Notes under the pieces: generated by a model
The model's input: the letters and a program-made list of their open reading frames with translations, nothing else
Told to the model about the DNA's origin: nothing
The model's database searches: none
In this document: piece after piece, positions 38,555-53,409 of the stretch
How the letters are laid out: each line of letters begins with the position of its first letter
How positions within the stretch are numbered: the stretch's first letter is position 1
Translations under genes and position numbers: made by a program
Assembly: GCF_009914755.1 (NCBI RefSeq)
Contig: NC_060927.1
Direction: 5' to 3' (one strand)
DNA length: 64,000 bases
Source of the DNA: the human T2T-CHM13v2.0 reference genome, Homo sapiens

Positions 38555-39459
38555 CAATTGATTCTTGCTGTTCGTGGTAGCTATATTCTGTAAACTCTCT
38601 GAGAACACTAAATTAGCAGATACTGAACCATTGTTCCTACGGGAAACACAGGGTTAAGTTTCTGCAAACCTCTGCACAACTGCTCACTGCATAATTTTGT
38701 TTTATGTGTGTTTCTGTTGAAAGACATCTTATTTAATATATTGTTAATTAATCACAATTAAATTCATAGTCAACAGCATCACAACTCGTGCCTGAATGAA
38801 GCTAACACATGTATCTTCTCAGTAAGACATATCACAGCCTTCTTAGGCTTAGGAACGCTAGCCAGCACTCCACCACCACACTTGGGGGCCATTTTAAACA
38901 GCGAAATCCGCAACAATAAGCACAACATGTGAAAAACGTGGCACTAAAAAGATGTTAAAAACAATGAGATCACTTGGACACAGGGTGGGGAACATCACAC
39001 ACCGGGGCCTGTCAGGGGGTGGGGAGCTGGGGGAGGGATAGCGTTAGGAGAAATAACCTAATGTAAATGATGAGTTGATGGGTGCAGCAAACCAACATGG
39101 CACATGTATACCTACATATCAAACCCGCACGTTGTGCACGTGTACCCTAGAACTTAAAGTGTAATGAATAAAAAAAGAAAAAAGAAATTGCCATATGGTA
39201 AAAAATAAATAAATAATTTAAAAAAGAGATGTCAAAAAGGACGCTTGTTTACAATATGAGAGCTGAAACAAGAAAGCAGAGTGTTGCCTTGTTTGATTCT
39301 GCTTGGAATGTACACATTGGGAGACTCAAATTTTTTGCCACTCTGCACATGTCTGAGAAGGACCATTGAAGTGCCACGAGTATTGATTTGGGGATGAATA
39401 AATTTTAGGAAGTAGGCAAATTTGCAAGTATAAAACTCACAAATAATGAAGATTAACTG
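38555..39459 (+). mobile_element. MER82-like Tigger-family element with nested L1 3' end
   Basis: TIR-like ends caattgattctt...gaagattaactg. Confidence 0.75.
38961..39222 (+). mobile_element. Very short L1PA (PA7/PA8-like) 3'UTR insertion
   Basis: L1 3'UTR with G-rich tract and A-tail; approximate TSD aaa(a/g)agatgt(t/c)aaaa at 38946-38960 and 39223-39237. Confidence 0.88.
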
Positions 39460-40984
39460 TATTTCAAGCAAATATTTAGCTTCACGTTGATGGGCTGTTT
39501 AGTTCAGTGAGATTCATTATGAGAGAATAAACTTTTCCCACCACATCGAAGCGAGAGTCAGGCCTGGAAGAAGCACTAGAGTCAGCATATTGTGGAGCAG
39601 GTCAAACCAATGTAGGTTTAAGCCTGGTTCCACCAGAGATCGTGAGAACTACTGGCAAGGTACTTCACTGCTAAGCCATAATTTCACATCTGTAAAGTAG
39701 GTAAAGCAGTATCAGTTGCAAGAAAACTGTTATGAAGATTAGCTGAAATAACAGAGGTTAGTTTAATGGAGGTTAGTCCGGGCACTTAACTAATTAAAAT
39801 AACTTTCTGAAAAATAATTGATATCGAGCCCTTTGAACCAGCCAGGAGTTAATTATTCTTATCTTTGTTCAGTTATTAAATGTTTAGATAGCTGGACATT
39901 TTTTAGTGATCCAGATTTTAAGAGTAGAGAAAGAAACCTGGTCCTAAAAGTGCTCCATCTGTGTCAAAACTGCAAACTATTTCTGAAAACTAAGGCAATG
40001 TTGATTTTTATTTTAAACTATTACATAATGGCATCAATCAATCTCTTAGATTGTCTCGTCAATAAAACAACATTTAAAAGCAGGATCTCTATATTTTCTT
40101 CCTATGAGCTGGTAGTTTATTTTTTATTTCTAAGAACAAGAAACTACTCGGACAAATATCAAAACAACTTCTTTTTTACATTTAAGAATGTAGTATTAGA
40201 AACAAATTGTAAATGACAAATTTTCTTTTCCAAAGTGATATAAGCAATGAACTACATACTTTTCTACACATTGATAATACCAATATCCACTGGGGAAAGA
40301 GACAAGAAATATGCCTAGGTTATGAAATTTGACCCAAAAAGTACAATTGTATGATATCCCTGGCAGTTCTGTTACCAATTGTTCACCCATTAGCTTGTTA
40401 AGTTTGAAAATGAAACTATGTTTTTGCCATACCTCCAGTTAAAATCTAGTAGTTTGTTTTTACTAAAAAATCCTAACTTTTTTCAAGAAGCATGATGTTT
40501 TGATTAATACGTTATTAATTCTATCATATGCCAACTTGAATAAATTAGTTAAATGTACAATTAAGGTAATTGATCTTTTATACAAGCTTAAAAGCACAAA
40601 TGCATTAACTTTTACCACACAATTAATTCTTGCTTTATCAGTGACTCCCACCCTCTGGAACTAGAATTAATTCATTCATCTCATCCTACTATATATATCA
40701 TACACTGTGGTTGGGAAATTGTGTGGTAGTGAAGAAGGTGGAGCTCTAAGTCTTAGCCCCAATTATGGCACCTCTAAATAGGAATAATAATAACAAATTC
40801 CTAGTGCTGTTATGAGGATCTATTCATAATTTAATGTACATATGGCACATGGGATAATTTAATGTGTGGATGGCACATTTATACTCAATAAATGTCAATG
40901 CTTTGCTGAAGGGTTTAGAGAATAGAAGAATTATAAATTGAGTCATCATGTCAGCAATGACGGTTTTCTGAGAATTTAGCCAAA

Positions 40985-40988
<4 letters not shown>

Positions 40989-41018
<30 letters not shown>
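40989..41018. repeat. (TG)n microsatellite
   Basis: Read directly. Confidence 0.95.
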
Positions 41019-41021
<3 letters not shown>

Positions 41022-41307
41022 GGTTTTGGAGGTGTTCATAATTATTAATATTAGTGATCTCTACCAGGGTGGCTAGTTGCTAACTAGATAGTTCTTAGAG
41101 ATTTCTTAGGGACCCAGAGAATAGGTGCAGGAGACTGTACCAGCAGAATGGTCTGAAATCCTCTGCTTCTATGACTATTACCATCATAGCAGCAGATGCT
41201 AGTTTTTGTCTTAAAAAGAAACAACTATTCAAACTGTTTCAGCTGCTCTTCCTCAAAGGCACAAATAGAAAGCTGTCCTAAGTGAGCCTGGTGAAAGTAA
41301 AGTTTAC

Positions 41308-41431
41308 CTGTTCCCAGAACCATGGCTCTTTCACATATACAAGAGCGACATTTCATCCATGTGAGTAATCCCAGCTTCTGTCTTGTCTTTAGCCACTCGT
41401 AGTGCTGCTCTGTGAGCCAAATATCCCCATC
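41308..41431 (-). CDS. WDR49: Candidate alternative WDR49 exon (DGDIWLTEQHYEWLKTRQKLGLLTWMKCRSCICERAMVLGT)
   Basis: Pyrimidine-rich acceptor ...actttctgccaagtccag|, donor ACAG|gtaaac; 124 nt, open, phase 0 to 1; lies within ORF 41225-41470. Confidence 0.55.
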
Positions 41432-43861
41432 CTGGACTTGGCAGAAAGTAATTCCACAGAAAGAAAGCAAAGATAACCTTTCAATCTAAAAAATGAACTT
41501 GCGTATAGCATCATTTAGTTGCTACAAACTCTTAGTTTTCATTAGATTCAATACTGAATGGCGAAATAATTTACCATTGAGCTATCTTTAGGGATATACA
41601 TACATATACATACATAGACACACATCTTTAAATTAGTGCTAATTTAGTTAATGTCTGGGTTTTATGCCTGGGTTTGACACATAACATTTGTATTCCCTTA
41701 AGCCAGTCATGACCTCTCTCAGGGTTTGCATGAAGTACCAATAAGATTGTCTGTATGAAGGCCATCTTCTTTACATTAGGCAACTCTATTCAAGCATTAA
41801 TTATTGTTGACACATGTACAACAGTATGAATTCACAAGTATACACTTAATATAGATAGGGAAATACTGGGAATTTCGGAAATTTTACTTCATTATAAAAC
41901 ATAGAGCATAAAATAATTCTCATTTTCATTTCCTTCAATGAAAAGTTTAATTACTATGGCTTTAATAAAACCTTTATTATTCCAGTAAACAATGTGTTCC
42001 CATTCAAATGTAGACTTTCAAATAAAAACTGCTTAATAGTGTTTTAAAGATATGTCCTTTGATTCTTATTAATCTATATTATCTATATGGTCTTTTTGAG
42101 GTAATAATTAGTACTCATGCCTCTGTTAGAACTCCTCTTCTAATAAAGGTGAAAATTATATGAGCCATTAGAAAACATAATCTCATTCAGCTCTTCCTAG
42201 TACAATGTTTTGCTACATTTATTTTGCTACATCTATTTAACTGCTAAGAAAATAACCAGTTATTAAATTGTCTACAATTGTTGTTGCAAGAGCCAGAAAG
42301 CTAATATACTCAGTATGTCCAGCTGATTATATCACTAGGCACAACTTTAGACCTTTTGAAAATGTTCCTGTCTTCCTGAATTCTTTTCAAAGAATATTCT
42401 GAAAATCATTTCCTTTTGCCTAAAAAGCATGTTTTTCAGTTACAGTCAGTTCTAGTGAGCTGCCTGTCTATTTAGAAAAAGCATAAACTCTAAAATTTCC
42501 TTTAGCTCTGAGCTTTGTAAGATTTGGATTTAACCATAACTTATATGAAAACTGAGCTCTAACCCTAAGTGCAAAACTTTAAAAAAAAACCTTGAAACTT
42601 GACAGGCATTTTTGTCATTAAGAAGAGATCGTGTGCCATTGGCAACATGTGAGTGTGCCAACATACTTTTACAAATGTTTATTTGTTGCACAAAAGAATC
42701 CATGCTTATTATAGAAAATGAAGATAAGTTAAAAATTAAAATCATTTATAATGCCATCAGCCTTTCAGATTTATTTCTAGGCAGAAACAGAAACGACCAG
42801 TTATTATTTACAAAATAGTGTCATGATATACATACATATCTTTCTATGTTGCTTTTTCCACTTATATCATACCATAAAGCTATGCCTCTTATATATTGGT
42901 CTTTATTACAATTTTTAATGGCTGCACAATATTTTATAGAGAAGACATACAATTATTTATAACCCCATTATTAAAAATTTCAATTATTCCCAAGGCTTTA
43001 CAGTTTTATATAAACAACCCAGCAACATATATATATTCCTACATACACATCATTGCTAAGCTGTCCAATTATTTCCTAAGGGAAATTCTCTAGAAGCATA
43101 ATTACTGAATCAAAGAATTTACATGTCCTGAAAATTGTTTTTATATATTTTGCCAAATTCTCTTCTAAAAGGTTAAATAAATTTACATTCCCATCAATAA
43201 AGTAGGAGGTTGCCTGTACTCAAGACCCTAATAAAGGTGGGGTATTATTCTTCTTAAGACTTATCGATTGGTTGCTAAAGTATAGTTCTATTAGTAATAA
43301 GCCTAAATATTACATACTTTCAGGAGGAAAAATATATTTCTAAAGCAGACATTTTATTTTTCAAAATCTGCCAACCCTTAGAAATGTTGTTTATATTTTT
43401 GTGCCCTCTTTCCAATAGCATACTTCATAATGAAATGAGGAAAGAAATACTTTCTTTTCTCCTACTCTGCAAATAAGAACTTGACCAAGACAAGATAAAA
43501 GTCCCAGTTTAACACTACTGAGAGAGGACAATCCAACTTGGTCTGGGTATTTTCTCCTCTGTCAAAGGTTGGCAGTGGGTTAGCATTTCACTGACCCGAG
43601 GTTTACTGCCCTTAAGTCATTGGTGAGTATTTGTTTCCAGATCCTGAAAATAAATGTCAAATGATGAGTTGTAAGCCACTGGGAGAAATAGGTCCATCCA
43701 TCCTTCCACCCATTGATCTACTCATTAATAAATACATATTAAAGATGTATACCATATAAAACAGCACCAGTTAGGTATACGTATTTGTTCAGTCAACAAA
43801 TGTTTATTAAGTGTCTGTTCCATGCCAAACATTATTCTAAGCACTCACCACTAAATTAAAA

Positions 43862-45866
43862 AAATTTTTTTTTATTTCCATAGGTTTTTTGGAAAGAGGT
43901 GGTATTTGGTTACATGAGTAAGTTTTTTAGTGGTGATTTGTGAGATTTTGGTGCACCCATCACCTGAGCAATATACACTGAACCCAATTTATAGTCTTTC
44001 ATTCCTCAACCCCTTCCCACTATTTTTCCCTGAGTCCCCAAAGTTCATTGTATCATTCTTACGCCTTTGCATCCTCATAACTTAGCTTCCACTTATGAGT
44101 GAGAAATACGATGTTTGGTTTTCTATTCCTGAGTTACTTCACTTAGAATAATAGTCTCCAGTTACACTGAGGTTGCTGCAAATATCATTAATTCATTCCT
44201 TTTTATGGCTGAGTAGTATTCTGTTGTATATATACGTATATATATGTATATACATGTATATATATATACCACAGTTTCTTTATCCACTTGTTGATTGATG
44301 GGCATTTGGGTGACTTCCACATTTTCACAATTTCAAATTGTGATGCTATAAACGTGTGGGCAATATCTTTTTGGTATAATGACTTCTTTTCCTCTGGGTA
44401 GATATCCAGTAGTGGGATTGCTGGATCAAATGCTAGTTTTACTTTTAGTTCTTTAAAGAATCTCCACACTGTTTTTCACAGTGGTTGTACTAGTTTGCAT
44501 TCCCACCAGCAATGTAGAAGGGTCACCTTTTCACTACATCCATGCCAACATGTATTAGTTTTTGATTTTTTGATTATGGTCATTCTGCAGGAGTAAGGTG
44601 GTATCACATTGTGGTTTTGATTTGCATTCTCCTGATCATTAGTAATGTTGAGCATTTTTTCATATGATTGTTAGCCATTTGTATATCTTCTTTTGAGAAT
44701 TTTCTATTCATGTCCTTAGCCCGCTTTTTGATGGGATTGTTTCTTTTTTTCTTGCTAATTTGTTTGAGTTCATTGTAGATTCTGGACATTAGCCCTTTGT
44801 CAGGTGTATAAAGTGTGAAGATTTCCTCCTACCCTGTGAGTTGTCTGTTTACTCTGCTGACTGTTCCTTTTGTTATGCAAAAGCTCTTTAGTTTAATTAA
44901 GTCCAGCTATTTATCTTTGCTTTTATTGCATTTGCTTTTAGGTTCTTGGTCATGAAATCCTTGCCTAAGCCAACCTCTAGAATGGTTTTTCCAATGTTAT
45001 GTTCTAGAATTTTTATAGTTTCAGGTCTTAGATTTAAGTCTTTGATCCATCTTCAGTTGATTTTTGTATAAGGTGAGACATGAGAACCCAGTTTCATTCT
45101 CCTACATGTGGCTTGCCAATTATCCCAGCACCATTTGTTGAATAGGGTGTTCTTTCCCCACTTTATGTTTTTGTTTGCTTAATTGAAGATCAGTTGGCTG
45201 TAAGTATTTGTCTTTATTTCTGGGTTATCTATTCTGTTCTGTTGGTCTATGTGCCTATTTTTATACAAGTACCATGCTGTTTTGGTGACTATGGCCTTAA
45301 AGTATAGTTTGAAATCAGGTAATGTGATGCCTCCAGATTTGTTCTTTTTGCTTAGTCTTGCTTTGGCTATGTGGGCTCTTTTTTGGTTCCATATTAATTT
45401 TAGGATTGTTTTTCCTAGTTTTGTGAAGAATAGTGGTGGTATTTTGATAGGAATTGCTCTGAATTTGTAGATTGCTTTTGGCAGTATGGTCATTTTCACA
45501 ATATTACTTCTACCCATCCATGAGCATGGGATGTGTTTCCATTTGTTTGTCATCTATGATTTCTTTCAGCAGTGTTTTGTAGTTTTCCCTGTAGAAGTCT
45601 TTCACCTCACCTCCTTGGTTAGGTATGTTCCTAAGTATTTTATTCTTTCTTTTGCAGTTATTGTAAAAGGAGTTAAGTTCTTGATTTGATTCTCTGCTTG
45701 GTTGCTTTTGGTGTATAGAAGTGCTACTGATTAATTTTGTATCTGGAAATTTTGCTGAATTCTTTTATCAGTTCCAGGAGCTTTTTGGAGTAGCCTTTAG
45801 TGTTTTCTAGGTATAGAGTCATATCATCAGCAAACAGCAACAGTTTGACTTCCTCTTTACCAATTA
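43862..45866 (-). mobile_element. 5'-truncated L1PB-like element, inserted in an L2 remnant
   Basis: Antisense ORF2 C-terminal fragments (ORFs 45179-45553, 44604-44789, 44203-44469) plus an L1PB-type 3'UTR. Confidence 0.88.
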
Positions 45867-48800
45867 CTTTGAACAAGACAACAAGATCAATGCTCTTTGA
45901 ATATGTACACTTCAGTGTAGAGACTAGGTGTGCTGGTTACTAATAACACATGTTTTTAGGTTATTGAAAGTAATAAGAAAGTAATAAGCATCACATTAAC
46001 TTGTTTTTCCTAATTTTAAATGGAATATAGCCTTTAAGCATGCTGAAACATTCCATTAAAAGGTATCTTGTATGGACTAGATAACTTTCCATAATTTTGA
46101 AGTTGTCTGATTTTATTTCAGATCATTAGAATCCTGCAATGCTTTTTTCTCTACATGAAAAATTGCTCATAATTGAATCTCAAAATTTTATTTTCTTCAT
46201 AACCTGCTAGTTTTATCAACCACTTCACCAAAATTGATATTTCTTTTGTCAGACATTTGGCATGATTTTTCTTTAATGTTCCATGACAGCTGAATGAGTA
46301 TACACTATCAAAATGCAGCCTTTTCCCCTATAACTATAATTAAATTTAAAATTAACATGCTGGTTTCTCATGCTTCATTCTGTTGTACTTGCCTCAATTT
46401 CCCTTGGTTACAAAGCATATTGGTTATGAATATGTATTAGGTTTTGCTGTCAAATTCTGTGAACGTCTCCTGGAGCAGAAGATTAGATATGTTATTGCAA
46501 AACAGATGCATCAGTTTATATCATCCCCTGCAATTTTTACCTACTAATGAACATTTATGAGAAAGTGAACAACAGAACAGGGGAAATTACTCTGCTAGTC
46601 AAGGTCCATAGCGCTCTTTTTTTCTTGCTTCAATAGATTTTAGTAGAATTTAATTTTCATTTATACTATATTATCAATTATTCAAGAGCTCATCAATTTG
46701 AATAAAGTTAAAGTTTTGTAACTAACAAAGACACAGACCTTGACTGAATTTAAGGTTTGGAACCAAACTCTCACAAGCCAAAAATTCAACATTTCGATTT
46801 CCTATCCAGCTGGTGAATTAGAAGGGAATTGAAGCTGAAGTGGGCAAAAAATCAATAAATCTTTCTCTTTTAAATAAAGATGATCATCACCCCTGAGAAA
46901 TATAATTGTTCTTATTAATTTTCTCTAAGTCTGTGAAATTCTTCAATATCTGCTATACTTCTAAAGTGATGCTTATCACTATCAGCTTTTGTGCCTAGGC
47001 TAGAAACTTGGGGGAATAAGCCTGACCAGTGAAATAGTGCAGCCAACAGAGAACTGAGCTTCATTGATTTTCATTTGGAAATCTCACTGTAGCAATACAA
47101 ATATATACTTTTTTAAATTGCTGTTCCTTTGTTGGAGACCATGATTATGGCAAAGAAGTTTATGCATCCATAGGATCATAGATTAATACCATGTTGGAGC
47201 TAGAAGAAAGTTTAGAGAATCTACACCAAACCCTTCATTTAAAAGGAAGAAACTGATGTTCAGGCTTATTAAGAAAAGACTTCTCTGAGGTCACATAGTT
47301 CACTATTAGCAGAAATAGGCCTAGAACCAAAAATTTCCAATTCTTAACCACTTTTACCACAATTCAAATATATTGGCTTCAACAAAATCTGATTTTCTTT
47401 AGGATAACATGGTCATCAACAAACCAGAAAAATATGAGATTGGAATGTATACTCCCAAATAATCTCATACTGTTTTGATAAAAGCTATCTATTTAGAAGC
47501 CTAAAGCTTTATAATGATATACTTACTTTTCACATATAAACTTTGAATCGATAAGATAAACATAAAAAGTCAGAAAGACTCTAATCCAGGTTCTGAGGGG
47601 AAATTTTCACCAAACTGTCAGCTCTTTCTTGCTGTCACATCCTTCTCAAACCAAAGATCCAACTTCAACCAATCTCTGGTAATTATCTTCATTCTTTTGT
47701 TCTGCCATCCTTTCATCCCAGATATCTGGCAAAACACAGCATTGGAAAAGCATCCTCTCTGTGCCTATACCTAGGCTGCTGAACACTAATGGACAGGGCA
47801 GAATGATGTCACCACAACAAAATACATGATCTCCAACCTCAAATGTCCCTCTATACTACTAGGAATCCTTCCATGTTTTCTTGCTGAACTCTCACTCTGA
47901 TTCTCTGCTTCTTTCAAACTCCTACTTTATTATTTCCCTTCCCTTCCTAATAAAGAAATTTGACTCCTAACTCACAAGGAAAAGGAACGAAAGAAAGAGA
48001 ATGAAAAGGGGGAGAAAGAAATGGAGGAATCAATTAGATAGAAATGTCCTCAATGTTTTTGCACCCGCATATATAATGACCTATATCTGCAGCCATCTCC
48101 TTCTCCCCTGTGACAGCAGAACTTCTGTGTTCTGGATACAACCTTCTCCCACCACCTCGAGAATCTCTTCTATTGTTATTCTCTCTTGTTCTCTATTGAC
48201 TCCTTTTCATCAGCATTTAAACATGATCAAGTCATTCGAATTATTAACCATCTTCCGTTGACATTGCCATCTGTTTTTTGCTACTGTCTCATCCTTCTTT
48301 CACAGCCAACTTGAAACAATCATGTTCTCACATTGTCTCAATTTCTTCACCTCCAGCTTACTTAACCTGTTGCAATCCAGCAGTTCCACTGAAGCTGCTC
48401 GTAACAAGAAGACCAAAAATCCTGTGGCTAAACATTTCAATACATTTTTTTCTGGTTCTCATCTGATAAAAGTGAAAATGTACCAAGTTAATGTTTGGTG
48501 CCAAAATATCTTTGTTTGAGAAAATACCTTGAGATTCCCGTTTAGTTGGAAAATGAAATCTGAGTTATGTGCAAGACCCCAATCAAGAAAGAACAGGGAT
48601 CAAGCTGCTGTAAAAAAGAGGAAAATAATTTGGTATTTGTTTTTATTGATTTTTTTATTCGATTACACAGAGGGAGAGAGAAGGAAATGGTGGTTGAAAT
48701 GGGAGGTGGAAAGGATGGGAGACTCCAAGATGGCAGAGGGTTGCATGGTAATAAAGTGCCATCGAGAAAACCCCACAGGCAATATGGCTAAAATTATTTT

Positions 48801-49639
48801 AATAATGGAAGTGTCTGTGTGTTTCTGACATATTTCTCACTCCAACCCATACACCTACTTCCCAAAAACCTTCGGTTGCATCTACTCGACTTGTAAATGC
48901 TTACTGAATGGAAAGTCCTGAATAACTACATAAGGAGCTGAGTCTCAGGCATGTGTTAATCTGATAGAGAACAGAGATGGCAGCTGCAATGGAGGGCAGG
49001 CAGAGGTGATTTTACATTTGCAGAAATTTGGAAAGGGCTTTGGATTTCCAATATTATGGCATAAGGGTTCGAGCCAATGATTCCATATCTCCAAGTCTGG
49101 AAGGCTCCCACCCATGAGTTATGTGTTTTTATGATGTGTCTCTGCAGAATTTGCCTCTGTTGACTCTTCCCTACTTCTAAGAACATTTGCTTTCCTTGGT
49201 TTACATTACACTGTGTTTCTCAGCAACACTTCTGATCACTCCTTCTCAGTATCTCTTGTAAGTACCACTTTTTCTGTGGTACTTACAGAAAGATAAGATG
49301 AAGATAAGATAAGATGAGATATTGGTATATCTTAGCTTTTGGCCCTCTGACCTGTTCTCTTCTCACATCATATACCCTAGCTGATTTATATGACCCAATT
49401 TCTTAGGCTTCAAACATGGTCTAATTGCTGAGAATGCCCAAAGAAATATCTTTATCTAGACCTCTCTTCTGAGCACTAAACCTTTATATCCTATTTCTCT
49501 TCTGGATATATTAACTTGGAAGTCCTATGTAGATAGTTCAAATCAACATGTTAAATAACAATTCATTTTCCCTCAAAAATAATCTTTTTTCCTCTTTTCT
49601 TTAGATTTAAATATTTTCAGAATTAAACACTGGGGGAAA

Positions 49640-51570
49640 ACACAGCCTACAGGTCCAAGAATATGACAGAGGTTGAATGAACCAAACTACATTTAACAAA
49701 AGAGTATAATACAGCTGTTAAACAAATGAAAATACTCTCTATCAACTTATATAGAGATACATTGTTAATCAAATACAATTAAAATGCCACAGAGAATAAA
49801 CGTATGCTATGTTTATGTGAGAGAGAAAAAAAGGTAAAAAAAATACACATAGACATACATGTATTTAAAAAACAAAACCACAGAATAAAATGTTCAGAAG
49901 TTAATGAAAATTGTTATCAAGACAGAATGAGAGGATGGGAAGAAAAGGATAGGGAAGAGAGTAAAATTTTCCTAAGTATGCATTTTTATACTGTTTTGAC
50001 TTGAGAACTATAAAAATGTTTCATATAGTCAACAAGATAAAATCAAAACAAAGATTTTTTAAACTCTAAAATTTAATATGTATATATACTAACCTAACCA
50101 TGTAACAAGCTTACACAACCACACAGTAAGAGAAATTAATTTTAATATCTATAAGCCCAGTTCTCTAACCCATGTACCTGTAATGCAATATAATGCAAAA
50201 AAACTGCAAATAAGTCTTGAATTTTACTTTCATTTTTAGAGTAGTGTTAATATAATAGTTCCAAAACTATTTCATATACATTACAGAATAAAGCATACAA
50301 ATAAATATATTAGTGCTGCTAGAACAAAGGTTCAAAATGTGAGAGCATGGAAATACAAATGATACAAATATGGAGTGACGGAGGGGAAGAACCCTGTGGT
50401 ATTTGAATTGAATTGGAAGTATTAGTATAAGTTCATTAGTTTTAAAAATATGTATAGATCAATAAATATAAATATTGATTTAGATAGGTATAGATATATC
50501 CTAGCTATGTCAACTGAAAGTACCTGGAAGCAATGACACCCCTAATAGCAATGAACACACTACTACCCAGATCCTGTTATTCTCAATACCATTCTCCAAT
50601 AAATGGAACTGGGGATCCCTGGAGAAATGGCTGGTTCCAGGTCTTGGGCACATCATCTTGTGCCAGAAAGCAAAGCAGTAATAACAGATTGATGAAAATA
50701 TGTTAAAAGGATACAAGGGCTGGCTTGAAGGGGTCTCACACTAGACAAATTTGGGGCATTTTGAGTATCATAAAATAATGACCATAATAGAAAACAGCAC
50801 ATTGAATAGAATAAACGAAGCCATAAATCTGTGGTCAGACTCAAGGCAGAGAGAGAGAATGAGAGGGTGAAAGAGAAGAGGGGCCGAAGACTCTCTCTTA
50901 CAGAAAGAAAAATGCCATACTGAAAATGAGTAAGAATCAATAGCATTTAAAAATCACCATTTTTCAACCACCAGTAGAGTCATTGTTTCCAGCAAAGATA
51001 ATCAATCAATAGTCAAACCAATGGATGAAATCTTGTTGAAGAATACTCACAATATAGTATAAAACTATCAGCCCACAAGTTCCTTTACAATGGGTAACTC
51101 TGGTGGATCCACTTCAATCAAGGGACCCAACGTATAGCATCACCAGTAATGGGACAAATTGACATAATGGGACTCTCGATGCCTTACAAGAGGTGGAGAT
51201 AACTACGCAGTATTCTTTCCAAAAATGGTGAAGATGAATCTAACAGTAAAGAATCAATCAGAAAATCCAGATAATGGGATGTTCTAAGTAACTGGCATGA
51301 ATTCTTCAAAAATGTTTATGTCATGAAAGACAAGAAAAAGTGGGGGACTCCTCAAGATTAAAGGAAACTAAACAGATGAAAGAGATGTGTCAACTAAAGC
51401 AAATGTATAATTCTGTATTGGATCTGTGATTTTATATAAAAGACATTACTGGGACGAAAGGGGACATTTTAATATCAACCTTTTCATTAGGTAATGTATA
51501 AAGTTGAATTTCCTGTGTACAAAAATGGCATTATGGTTATCTAGAAGGATGCCTTTGTTCCTAGGGAAGT
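49640..51570 (+). mobile_element. Degenerate L1ME/MC 3' fragments
   Basis: Motifs shared with 33000-34220, for example ggagaaatggctggttccaggtcttgggca. Confidence 0.5.
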
Positions 51571-53095
51571 TTACTTAAAATATAGCCCTCCATAAAGGAA
51601 GGCCTATGTCTAAGCAGATTTTAACTGACACAGGGTAGACATTCAATAAATACCTGTTGTAAGAATGAGTAAATGATAAATATATTGTAAATATTCTCTT
51701 CTATATTGAGGAAGAGATATTCATCTATTTTACTGATAATAGCAAGTTTGGGGAGGGGATCATAATAGTGAATGATGGCCAAGATTATAGAATAATAATG
51801 TATAAAATAACTTTGGGAAATTATAAATAAGTCAAAATAGAATTAAATTGTTCACTAGAGAAAAGAAACAAAAACTGGCTACCAGATCATGTTGGACAAT
51901 GTTCTGGCTCTGCAAATCACTCAATAGAAAATGACAAATTCCCCCCAATCCCCACCTTTTTTTTTTTTTTTTGGATTTCTCTTCATCACCTGTAAAATAA
52001 AGACAGTAGAGTGGTTCTCTATGTTCTCTCTCTTAATGCTAAAATTCAATGGAAGGAAATTAATGCTCTGAGTATAAGGACATAGTATCTATAAAAGGCA
52101 CTGCTTTTAAATTCAGCACTCTTAATTTCAGCATTACTAGACATACATTTAGAAATAGTACCCCAGAGTCTTTAGGTTATGAAGACATGCCAGCATTTTA
52201 AGAACATTTATGTTTGCATTGAATTATGGTATAGATAAGGTGCCCACAAACCCATTTGCTATAACTTGCCCCACTACAATCACAGTTCTCTTTTTCTATA
52301 ACCTCTACACCACATAAATATGTACATTTTTTATTTTAGAATATGATTATGCATTATTCTGTGATTTTCTTGTTTTCACTGAACATCAAATCTTGGGCAA
52401 TCTTACATAAGTCTTCCTTATTCTTTTTAATAACTGAGTAATAGGAGTATACCACAATTTACTTATCCATTCATCCAGTTGATGAATATTTGGGTTATAA
52501 ATACTCCAGTTTGTAAGTGATATTACAATCATATTTTTGCATGTATTTTTTTCTGTACTTCAGAATGTATTTAGGGAAGCTTGGAGGATTAGAATTGCTG
52601 ATTAAAAAGTATACATGTGGTACATTTTATATTTGATATATAAAGGCAAATTGCCTTCCAGAAAAGCTTTGTCAATTTACAATCTTAGTAAGAGTGCCTA
52701 TTCCCTTGGTTCTTCACCATCAGTGAATGTTATTGATCTTTTTAATATTTGCCAATCTGATGATTATAAAAAGAACGTCTTCTTTCTGATTAGAGTATCA
52801 AATCAAATTCTTAACAAGTTTGGGTGCCTTTTCACATGATTAGAAGCTATTTATGTAGCATTCTTTCTTGAATACATAAAATATAATATATGTAAATATA
52901 TTCTACATTAAAAAAGCTACATGAGATATGTATATGTGTATATATGGATAAAAATGCACTTAAAATACACCAGAAAATATTAAGAGTAGTTACCCAGGGG
53001 AGTATAATGACTGAGAATGGACCATGCTAAGGGGGAAATTTCATGTTTAGCTTGGATTTTTTACCATGAGAATAATGTTACTTTTATTTATTTAA

Positions 53096-53409
<314 letters not shown>

